Origin: Lama guanicoe
Taxonomy: Eukaryota
Reading direction: 5' to 3'
Assembly: GCA_013239625.1 (NCBI GenBank)
Contig: MU053561.1
Location: forward strand, 2,806,283 to 2,870,282
Length of the DNA stretch: 64,000 nt
The notes beneath the pieces were generated by a model, which was not told the DNA's origin, did no database searches, and was given only the letters and a program-made list of their open reading frames with translations. Positions 12,995-24,100 of this stretch are shown in pieces. A program made the translations under genes and the position numbers. How positions within the stretch are numbered: position 1 is the first letter of the stretch; every line of letters starts with the position of its first letter.

Positions 12995-15088
12995 CTGCTA
13001 GGGAAAATCCACCATTGACTCATTCCAGTTTCTCCCTCCCCATCCCCACTGCCGTCCAGGGGCTGTCGCCTGCTCTATCATCACTGCCTCTTCTTCTCAC
13101 CCAAACACTCCTGGGGAACTAGACTAGAGGGAAGCGAATAAGAAGCAAAATCTCAGAGATTTTGCTCTGGGACCAATTCCTGTCCCTCACGAGAAGCGGG
13201 TTGTGTTAACACTGCGGCAGTTCACACCAACCAAATGTCTTGAATTGGCAGATTTTAGAGCAGCAGGAAACTCGGGAAGCGATCTGGTCTCCTTTTTGCA
13301 TTTCTGTTGAGGGTCCTGAGCCCTGGGAAGTTCTAGGGTGTGCCTGGCCCCCTCATCCAAGTCAGCAGACCACTCCCCAGCATCTGGGACACTGCTTCCT
13401 ACCGAGACTTCAGAGTCCTCTCTGCCTCCCACACCTCATGTACCCCTTAGGATTCACTGAGTCCAGCCTCACCCTCTGTAGCATCCATTTCCTCCTCGGT
13501 ACCTCCACTTGTGCCCTTATTACACCTTCCCACAAGTTAAGGTGAGAAATGCGGAAAAGGAGGCAGGTATGTAGCATTTTGTACTGAAACTGAGTACGCT
13601 GTGGCTTCAGTGATGATGAGAAAGTCCACCCCGTGTCTGCTTGCAGCCCAGTCCTGTTGGTATTCAGCCTGGCAGGGTCTGGGTGGTCACACCAGAAGCA
13701 GCATGAGCATCAGGCCCGGGCCATTCTCACCGCCAGGCAGTGAGTGGGTGTTCTGACAAAGGTGGCCTCAGCCACCAGTGCATGGTGCACGGTGGGAGAC
13801 CTCCGTCTCTGAGAGCCAAGTCCTCTGCCAGGAGTCACCTCCTCTGGGGCAGAAACTGAGTTTTCTTTGCCTTTTATGTTTCCCACCCACGCAGCAAGCA
13901 AGAGAGAATCAACCCACGGAAATGGTTGCTGTGTGAAGCCTGGGTACCTGAAATGAGAGTCGCTCGGCCTGGAAGTCCCCTGGGCGGGGGTAAACGTCTC
14001 ACAGAGGAGAAGGGAGTATGATCAGCCATCTCAGCTGTGTAACCACGTGGCTGCAGAGAGGGGAGCTTCGAGCCAACAGGTACTGGTTATGCTGATCTGG
14101 GCGCTCAGTTCACGTTGGTGAGCTCGGCTTCCACGTTTGTGACAGAGGACAAACACTTCATGCTCAAGCTTACTGGGGGAGTCAGACGAGGTGATGGTGA
14201 CCAGCGTCTTGGGCAGCGCCTGGCCCTGGGCAGAGCCTCAATAAACATCAAATTTCTCTCCTGTTTGCCACTCCGTTCCTGAGAGAGGGGCTTACTTAAG
14301 AGAAGAAGGGAGGGGACAAACGGAGAAGCTTTGCCCTCAGACATAAGCCAGGAAAGCTTGTGGTTCTCAGGGCTTTTGAATGCTGTCCAGCAAGAAAGCC
14401 GGGGCCTTAAGACTGGCAAGCACTAAGAAGCTTGATGAGACTTTTTAGGATGTGTATTGCTTTTCTCTGCTTTTTATTTTTGTGGCCTTCCTCTCCCTAC
14501 TTGTTTCTCAGGGTAGTTGAGCTAGAACTTCAGGGGGACCTGTGAGTCTGTGATCAGAGAAGCAGTGACGCAGGGGACACAGGGGAACAGTGCTTCAAAG
14601 TGGCTGGGCTGGGGAGCACGAACCAGGACACAGAAGGTGGTGCAGCTGCCCAGGGGAGAGGGATACAGCGGAGGAGAGCGGGATGGAGACGCCAGCTGCC
14701 CTGAGTCCCGAGAAGGGTCCACAGTGGCTGGAAGTCCGTGCAACTCCCCAACAAACAGCAAGAACCCAGTAAATGCCAGTTGTGTGGACAACTGAAGGGA
14801 GACAGTGAAAGAAGCAGTGGTGTGATGGAACTCAAGCTGGAGGACCCAGTGCGAGTTCTGGCTTTTCTACTTGCTAGCCGTGTGCTCGTCCAGGTGCCTC
14901 GGTGAGCTTCAGTTTCATCAAGTCTAAAATGGTGAGGCTGGGGCGGGGCAATCCCTCTGCTTGCTCGATTTAGCTCAAAAGGTTGTGGTAAGGGTGTGAT
15001 AAACTCACCAGTGAGAAGCCTACGCTGTACGCCAGAAAGTTCAGGGTAGCGCCGGGATGGTGCGAGTGGCCATCAGAAACTTATGGGG

Positions 15089-15208
15089 CCCTGTAATGAA
15101 AAGGAATATGAAACAGAATATATAACTGAATCACGATGCTGTACACCGGCAACTAATACAGCATTGTAAATCAGCTATAGTTCTATTTTAAAAATGTTTT
15201 AAAAAAAA
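15089..15208 (+). mobile_element. Short 5'-truncated L1 3' end with target-site duplication
   Basis: ACTGAATCAC...GCTGTACACC...ACTAATACAGCATTGTAAATCAGCTATA terminus; flanks AAACT(T/C)ATGGGG at 15077-15088 and 15206-15217. Confidence 0.8.
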
Positions 15209-15405
15209 CTCATGGGGAAATCATCAAAGGAAGCTTTCTGGGATTAGTTCAACCACAGCCAGGTCCCACACCAGGAGAGAGGGCAATCTCTTCAGGGTCA
15301 GGTGAGCTGGGCAGAAAAGAGAAGGGTCACCATCACCACAGGGCAATCCAGCAGCTCCTGGGGTGGTTTCATTTCAGAAGACCCTGGGGCAAAGTTTCTG
15401 CCTGC

Positions 15406-15439
15406 TGCTGCCACCTTCTGGTAGGAAACTGAACTGCAC
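15406..15439 (-). promoter_or_regulatory. Candidate CTCF binding site (core plus upstream module)
   Basis: Minus strand TGCAGTTCA-GTTTC-CTA-CCAGAAGGTGGCAGC: core matches CCASYAGRKGGCRS with one mismatch, and the TGCAG module is at the 5-bp-spacer distance. Confidence 0.6.
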
Positions 15440-16570
15440 CCTTGCTAATAACACTGTTGGTGGTTCGAACGTCTTCACCTTTGCATACAAACTGCATTTG
15501 TGCAGTGTTTCAGTTTACAATTTTCCCCCCCTCAAAAATGATATTCTTTTTTTAACTGAAGTACAGACAGTTACAATGTGTCAATTTCTGGTGTACAGCC
15601 CAATGTCCCAGTCATGCACTGATACTCTTTCATCCACACAGTTTCCTTGTAGTATAAGCATTTTTGTAGATTTAAAAAAACAAAGCTTGGAGGAGTTAAA
15701 TGAATTCTGCAGAGACTTAACCAGGAAATGACCCATTTCTCTGATTCTAAGACCTGTGCTTTCTGCCGTCACTAGGGGTGTGTCAGTCAATTCTGCCACT
15801 ACTATGGTGGGTCTCAGAATCTGAGCCTGGGATTCTCCTGACCTCTGCTGCTAACACACCTCTCCTCCACAGCCCCAAACCCCCAATATCCTATCTGTAT
15901 CTGAGGCTGCCAGCATGCAGGGGTGGTAGGGCTACAAAGTTAAGCTAGGCCTGCGCCGTCCCTGTCCCCTCAGAGATCTCAGACTGAGGAGGGAGGTGAG
16001 ACAGGCATCCAGGGACCCCAGGGCCTGTGAGAAGTGCCACAGACAGGCTCAGGTGGAATTCACGGGAGGTCAAGGAGGCTCCAGCTGGGAGATGTGGTGG
16101 CTGAGCTGGACCTTAAAAGACTAACACGATGCAAGTTCATAAAGAGGTCGATAAAGGACATCCCAGGCTGAGGACCCAAGAAGAGGGAAGCCTCAATGGG
16201 GACAAGCATCAGTGTGAGGGGAGGAGGTGCTCCTGTTTGGCGGAGGAGAGAAAGTGGGCAGTGATGCTGGGCGTGGAGACTGGGGGCAGGCTGAGATTCA
16301 CACTACTTTCTAAGGGCCATTCATGCTTCATGGTTTCCACTAACTCATTTAACAAATGCTTATTGTGACAGACACATATTCTGTTTCTAAGGATCATAGC
16401 AAAACCAACACTTTGTCACATAGCGTTCATTTATTTATTCAGTGGATATTTGCTGACTGCCTACTTTCCCTGTGCCAGGCGCTCTCCCAGGCCCTAGGAT
16501 GTGTCCCTGCCCACACTGAACTTACATTCTAGTGGAGACACAATGTACAACATAGACAAGTAACACGTAA

Positions 16571-16690
16571 GGAGGAGGGTACAGCTCAGTGGTAGACCGC
16601 GTGCTTCGCATGCATGGGGTCCTGGGTTCAATCCCTAGTACATCAATTAAATAAATAAATAAACCTAATTACCTCCGCCCCACACAAATT
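16571..16690 (+). mobile_element. Vic-1-like SINE
   Basis: GGAGGAGGGTACAGCTCAGTGGTAGA...GGTTCAATCCC...(TAAA)n CCTAATTACCTCC. Confidence 0.85.
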
Positions 16691-18269
16691 AGCATATGAA
16701 CATTTAGGTGGTGAAAATGGGGGAGAAAATGAGGAAAGGCCTGCGTGGGCCTCGGTTATCTTTGCAGCCCTGCCACCGCTGGAGTTTGGGGCCTGAGAAG
16801 AGGCCAGGAGAACCCCAGGCTCATTTTGCAATGCAAGGGGTGGGGGTTTGCACTTTTCGAGAGGTGGCCACAAAGGTCTTGCGGAGGAAGTGGCTGAGTA
16901 AAGACCTGAGGGGGTGAGGAAGGGAGAGGGTGTGTTGGGGAGTGGTGCCCCAGGCAGGGCAACGTGCGAGCAGAGGCCCTGAGGTGGGGCCACAGTGTTT
17001 GGGGATGGGGTGTGTATGGGACGTGGTGGCGGGGGGAGGGGAAGGGAAGAGTGGGAGGCGGAGGAGGGGCAGGCGGTAGGAAGTCACAAGAGGCTCTGTT
17101 CCAAGCAGGAGCAACTCAGGGCTGCCAGCCTTGAAGGCGCATACTTTCTGCCGAGTTTAAAGCAGCAGGGAAGGAGCCTTTACTGCAGTCCTACTCTGTA
17201 GATCCAGGTGTGGGGAGGTGAGGCCAGGCGGCCCGGCACACACACAAACCACCACAAACTTAGTGGCATAGAATAACCACCACACTGTTAGGCTCGCAGA
17301 ACCTGCGGGGAAGCTCTTCCCTGTCCTGCGGCCCCTGGCACCTCCACTGGGAAGGCCCAAACGGCAGGAGGGGCGCGGGGCCCTGGGAGCGCTGGGCCTG
17401 CATGAGGCACGTCCAACACTAACTTCGTTCATAGGCCTGATGCCGGCAACAGGTGGGCTGAGGGACTGTCCAGAGTACCCCCCACGGCCCTTCATGCAGC
17501 AGTGCGGGGGCTTCCTTCTGAGAAGGAGGGGCCGCCAGAGAGCCAGCGTTCTGAGAGGAGCAGGCCCAAGTGCCCGGCCAGCTACCGCCCAGCCTCAGGA
17601 GACCTACAGCATCATGTCCGGCACTCAGCCGGCTGAAGGAGTCCCAGAGCTCAGACGCCAGGGGAGGGGCCAGGCCCCACGTCTCGATGGGAAGTAGCTC
17701 CAAAAGATAGCAGCCTTTTAAAACACCACCACAATGAACCTTGAGGCAAGTCGGAGCAGGGTTACCGTAGACATGAGGTTTTAATTAGAAAGCAGACCCA
17801 AGCCGCCTTTAACCCCGTGCTCGGGTAAAGAGGTCTTCCGCCTGTGCGTTTCCGGGCCTTTGAAAAAACAGCTCCAGTGAACATGGGAGTGCATCGTTCA
17901 CAGCAGCCAATGTATGGACACAACCCAAGGGTCCGTTGCATGAAATGGAATATTTTTTATCCTTTAGAAGGAAGGAGATCCTGCCATTTTGACAACATAA
18001 ATAATGGTGGGCAATTTGCTACGTTGTAGAAGGACAAAGACTGCGTGGTCCCACTTACGGGAGGTCTCTGAGATAGCCAACCTCGTGGACGCAGAGAATA
18101 CAGTGTGGTTACCAGGGGCTGGGGGGAGGGGAGGCGGGGAGCTGTTGTTCAGTGGGTGTAAAGTTTCAGTTACATGGGATAAATAAGCTCCAGAGATCTG
18201 CTGCCTAGTTAACAATACAGTACTGGGCACCTCAACATCTGTTAGGAGGATCAAGCCGGTGTTACGTGT

Positions 18270-19160
18270 TTTCTTTCCCCCCAGCTTTACTGAGATACAC
18301 TTGACATGTAACATTGTGTAAATTCAAGGTGCACAGCCTGGTGATTGGATGCACAGGTATGTTGCAAAATGATTATCATAGTAAAGTTAGTTAACAGCTC
18401 CGTCACCGCACATACTTATGTGTGTGTGTGTTAAGAACATTCAGGACCTACTGTCTCTGCAGCTGTCAAGTATATAATACACTATTGTTAACAGTAGTCA
18501 CCATGCTGTACATCAGATCCCCAGAACGTTTTCCTTTTATGACTAGAAGTTCACACACTTTGACTAGCATCTCCCCATCTCCCCCACTCCCAGCCCCTGG
18601 CAACCACTAATCTATTCTCTGCTTCTATGAGTTCGGCTTTTTTATGTTTTTATTATTTTTTTGGAGCGGGTGTGTAGTTAGGTTTATGTATTTATTTATT
18701 TTTAGAGGAGGTATTGGGGATTGAACCCAGGACCTCATGCATGCTAAGCATGCACTCTACCACTTGAGCTATGCCCTCCCCCCAGGGTTAACTTTTTTAG
18801 ATTGTTCATCTAAGTGAGATCGTACAGTATTTGTCTTTCTCTGTCTGACTTATTTCACTTAGCAGAACACCCTCCAGGTCCATCCATGTTGCCACAAATG
18901 GCAGGACTTCCTCCTTTTTTATGGCTGATTTATGTATTTTCTTTAACGGTTCATCCATCAAGGGACATTTAGGCTGTTTCCCTGTCTTGCTATTGTAAGT
19001 AATGCTGCTTTGTACAAGGGATGCAGATATCTCTTTGAGCTAGTGATTTTATTTCCCTTGGATATAAACCCATAAATGAGATTGCTAGATCATATGGTAG
19101 TTCTATTTTTAGTTTTTTTGAGGAACCTCCATACTGTTTTCCATAATGGCTGTACCATCC
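18270..19160 (-). mobile_element. L1 3' fragment inserted into an older plus-strand L1 3' end (~17870-18270 and ~19165-19360)
   Basis: Typical L1 3'UTR/ORF2-end text (GACTTATTTCACTTAGC, GAGGAACCTCCATACTGTTTTCCA); the host L1 sequence resumes after 19160. Confidence 0.75.
18640..18784 (-). mobile_element. Vic-1-like SINE nested in an L1 3' end
   Basis: Reverse-strand A/B boxes and TAAA tail interrupt the minus-strand L1 3' sequence. Confidence 0.85.
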
Positions 19161-20489
19161 TGTTAAGTGTTCTTATGGCAAAACAAACAAATCAACGAAG
19201 GGACACAAGCAAACCTTGGAAGGTGTTGGATGTGTCTGTTACCTGGGTCGTGGTGGTGGTGTCATGGATCTTTGCATATGTCCAAACTCATCAAATTGTA
19301 CACATTAAATATGTGTAGCCCTTTCTCCATCAATTATGCATTAATAAAGCTGTTTAAAAAAAAAAGAAAGAACAGCTCTGCAGAAGGGCCCCAGAAAGGG
19401 GGCTGCATCCTAGACCTTCTCATGCTGTGGGCTGTGTCTGTAAATGTGTAAGGGATCCCTCCTTCCTCCCCAAGGGGGAGGGGGCAGTGTTGGTGCCAAA
19501 TGTGTGCCAAGTACGTATTAATAAACTCTGAACCATATTGGCAGCTTTGTGGTTTTCTGCAGTCTTTTGCAGCCTGGAAGACGTTTTCCGATTAGAAGCC
19601 CCTGCTGTTTTATCTATTACACGTGAAACTGAATAAGTCTCCACATGTCCGCTGGGAGTTGGTGAGTAACATCAGAGTGTGCATCGAGGGGGAAGGAATT
19701 AAAAAGGGAGCTAATGTCATCCGTGGGGAATAGCTGGGGGGAGGGAAAAGCCGCTCTGGAGGAGAAGGGCTGCCGGAGGACTTTTTGCCGTATATTACGG
19801 CCACTCCAGCAGGAGCACACGTCTGCCGTCCGTGCCCCTGACATGTAAAAGGCAGCTGCTCAGAATGGTACACATGGGCTGACTTACAGGGAGAAAAATT
19901 TTATCTCACAAGGCAGATTTGATTTCCTGAGACCATATGCTTGCTTTTCTTTTTCCCAAAGAGCCCACGATCTCATGTGGGAAAAATTCAGTTTTATTGG
20001 CTTTCAGAGAAGAGGGAATTGGAAATGTTAGCTAAATAGAGACCACATGGACCAGAATCTCAATGCACTCCCCCAGGGCTGTGGATGCCTGTCGTGCTAT
20101 GAAGCTGCAGATCTGTGGACAGAAAGGCAAAACTGAGAAGAGCTGTGGCTGGGAACAAGGAAATGCGGGCTCTGGTCCCTGCTTTGCTGCTTACCTCCTC
20201 CAAACCGCGCTTTGCCTGTCACGTGGGGGAGGGCGAGATTTGCCCCGTTTATCTTGCAAAACCAACGTGAGCATCTAAGGGGCACCGAATGTGACACTGA
20301 CTTAGGATTCAAAAGGGGCAGCCACAGGCCAGGTATTGTTATTATATGAAGATGACACAGTCTGACCACACCTAAGGTATTCACCTGTCCATTTTTAAAG
20401 CAAGTATTACATGAATGCTGTATTAGGACATTCTGTCTGTAAGTGGTATAAAGCCAACTGAAAAGTCCTTCCTCAAAATAGGGAAGCCA

Positions 20490-21190
20490 TTAGTTCATTT
20501 ATCGATTCCTTCATTCAGTCAGTAAGTTGAGTCCCTGCTATGTGACAGTTGCTCTTCTCAGAATTGGAGATACAGCAGCAAACAAAACAGTCAAGTTTCT
20601 CATAGGATATACATGCTAATGAGGAGATGCAGATAATATTAGCCACATATATATGTACTTTTTCCAGTGGTGGTCAGGCAAGGGGACACAGAGTGACAAG
20701 GAAGCGTCATTTGAGGGAGGACTGGTCAGGGATGGCCTAACAGAAAAGGTAGCAGTTGAGCAGAGCCTTGAAGAAAAGAGGGAGCAAACCGTGCAGAGAT
20801 CTGATGGAAGAGCATCCCAGGGAGCAGAAACAGCAAGTGCAAAGGCCCTGAGGTGGGAGGCAAAGTCCAGTGAGGATGGAGTGGGCTGAGCTAAGGGGAG
20901 AGTGGTGAGAGATGAGGTCAGAGGGGAGTAGGTGGGTCACGCAGGGCCCGTGAGTCAAGGTAAGGATGTTGCAGTTGAAGAGAGAGCTCTTAGAGGGTTC
21001 TGAGCAGAGCAGTGGTATTATCTGACCTATGGTTTTACCAGGACCTCCTTGGAGAATGGTGCACACGGGACGAGAGTGGAGGCATTGCAGTGGTCTGAGC
21101 AGGAGGTCCAGGAAGGTAGCAGCGGACAAACAAGGAGGGGGATGGATCTCAAAGGCAGTGCTGGTGGGACGTGCTTATGGATTGGATGTA
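20490..21190 (-). mobile_element. L2 relic
   Basis: TTCATTCA start, ACAGCAAGTGCAAAGGCCCTGAGG, GAGATGAGGTCAGA, TATGGATTGGATGT. Confidence 0.65.
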
Positions 21191-24100
21191 GGGTACAGGG
21201 TACCACAAAGGTCTAGGGTGGTTCCAGCACAGCTGGATCCCTGAGCTCAAATAATAAAGCCAGGACTCTGTCTTTCTGCAACCCTTGCCTCTGCTGTCTT
21301 CTGTGTTGGCTTCATTTTCAGGTGGGCACTTCCACATAGTGATAAGTATGACCCCAGCCCCTGTGACCACTTCAGGAAGCCCTCTCAGAAAAGCAAGGAA
21401 GCCTTTGTCTCAAAAGTCTCCATAGGTGTCCTCTCTGGTCTCATTGGTTTGAACAGGGTCATGTGCTCACCCTGAACCAATGAGAATGGCCAGGGGGTGG
21501 AATCACATAAGCCATATGTTCCCTTCCTAGGACAGTGGGTAGAGTTAGCTTCCCTTCAGCTCGGGGTGGTGGTGCGGGGAAGGGATGCAGACAATGGAAG
21601 GAAAACCAAGAGTGGCTCCAGAGAGAGGGGTGGCTGGGTGTGGCTGGCCACCGCCATGTGCAGTGCCACCAGGGGAGCTTTAGCAAGGGCGTCCAGGGCA
21701 AATGGAAGGAGGGAAACATCAAAGATGCAAACTGGTGAAACATCACCGGTGGCAGACGGAGGCCAGAGATCATTCTGGAAGAATGTAGGCAATGATGTTA
21801 ATAGAAATGGGGGATCCAAAGTATGTTTGCTTGCAAAGGGCTGAGGTGCTGAGTCAGGTTTTGGATGTGTAAGACACATACACGACTAACCACAAGTTAA
21901 GGCAGAAGGAAATAGATATTAAATGAGAGGAGCAAGGGAAACACACAGGGGAAGCTGTCACTGTGGTGCCTGCAGGTCAGAATGGAGAGAGGACAGCAGT
22001 CAGGCAGACGGTTAGCCCTGGCTCTCAGCAGACCAGGAGTGGCATTTCACTGCCACTGACAACGAGCACTTGGTTATCCGCAGCCACTGCCCCCCCCCCC
22101 CGCGTGCTGCATCTTCTCAGTCGTTAGCTCCTCCAGCAGTCAGTGCCCCAAGCTGCTAGTAGGTGGCCCGTCTGCCGGCACAGTTTCCCTCTCCCTCCTT
22201 GCCCCAGGCACAGCCTTCTGCTTCTGCAGCGAGACAGCCAGGGGTTGAGAGCAAAGAGTGCTTTGTCTGGCTGCAGATGGAAGACTAGAGAAACCTGAGT
22301 GGTTTCAGGGGAGAAGCTGGTGGCAAAGTGGGGGTCCAGCCATAATTAAAGCCCCACCCAGCACCTCTCCTAAAGGAGAAGCAAAAGACAACTGGGGCAA
22401 CTTCTCCCTGCGGAGAAAGGAACCCACTCCCGTTTGTGGAGCAGAAGGGAGAGAATTAAATGAGAATATGCTGCATCAGTTAACGCTTCCCGGGGAAAGA
22501 TAAGAGGGGCGAAAAATCAGAATTAGATCACACCAACCAAAGCAATTAAGGAGAATAAGGTGTGCTTTTACAAATATCAGGGGAAAGGAGATTATGGAGA
22601 GGAAATAAGACTTAATAAATGCAGAGGACCATGAAATTAATGATGACCACACATGGCTGAAATATCCAATTCATTCTTTGTTAGCCTTTAACTAGGAAAA
22701 CAAAGAAAAGAAATCGAGCAATTAAAAAGCAAGGACAACTTAAGAAAAGAGTGGAGAGGCTGCTGGCAGGGAGGAGGTGTCTACCCCTCTGATCCTCAAA
22801 CTTTGCAGGCAATTTCTTGGGACCTGACACACAGGGCTCACATAACAGCCCCTGCCCAGCGTCTGCACTGGTGAGCGTGGTGCGCTCAGTTTCCTGAGTT
22901 TAATGAATTGATGGAGCTGAGGAAAGAGAGCAGAGTGAGGAGGGAAGGTGGGAGGAGAGACTCCTAAGCTGTGGTGAGTTTGCAACCATCATAATGGCCC
23001 CAAACTAAGATCAGCTAATCGTCAGCGTGGCCCCTCTCCTCCCACTCTTCTCACGCTGCTTCCCTCTCTCCTTCCTCCTCCAGGGTTTACTCTCCAGTGT
23101 TTAGTGCCCATTCTTGGCTTTTTTCCTGTGGAGAGCCCACCCATAAGATTGTCCTGTTTCTGAGAAATGGGAGAACGTATGGACAGGCTGGGATGCGCTG
23201 AGAAGCAAAAATGGCTTGTCCTTTTTTGCTTAAGTGGGGAGATCAAGTTGATTTCTATAACTTACAACCAAAAGTCCTGACTTACACGGGTAGGTTCTAT
23301 GACAGACACTGCAGATGCAAGGGTATGAAGACAAGGGCGCTGCTCTAAAGAGATCACAGCCCCATAAGAGAGACATCACACAGACGCAAATCCTTGCAAT
23401 ACAGTGCAGTGAATGTAATCAAGGTGGACGTCTGGAGGAGGCGCCTGGACGGCTCAGAGGAGGAAGAAGCTACTCTGCTCAGGTGGACCAGTGAAGGCTT
23501 CTCAAGGTGTCCCGTGCTTGCTTCTGACAGGTGACTGGGATTTTGATGAGTGGCAAAGGAGAGCTTTTCAGACAGCAGGAACCCCAAGTGCAGAGGCCAA
23601 GAGGCACCAACAGTGTGGGGCATACAGGAGGTAGGTCATTGCCTTTCATTTCTAAATCTTAGCAATATCTACAGCCTCCAGTGGCCTTGTATCTTCTTGT
23701 AACTCAAATATTTTTTGCTCGAAAGTGTTTTAGGAATAGATTGAACTTGTGGCTAAACTCGAATGTTAGGCCACCCTCCCCTCCCTGAACTGCATTACAC
23801 AGAAGACTGAAATGTAAGGACAGTGCTTAACCAAGCCCAGGCTTCCTGACTTGGTGGCTGCAGAGGTCGGTGAGGGGACTCAAGGGCTGGCGAGTGCCTC
23901 CTGTGTCTAGAATAGCTTCCTCCTCTGGTTCCAGTGGAAGGCACTGGGAGCGCACAGCACCTCATACACCACCTTCTCCCTCGTTTGTTTGGGGGGGTGC
24001 CATGCCGAGCACACAGACACGGCTCCTGCCCTCCCAGAGACTAGAGGCCTGAATCATCACAGAAAGGGAGGGACAGCTGCCAAGGAGGGGAAGCTGGAAG

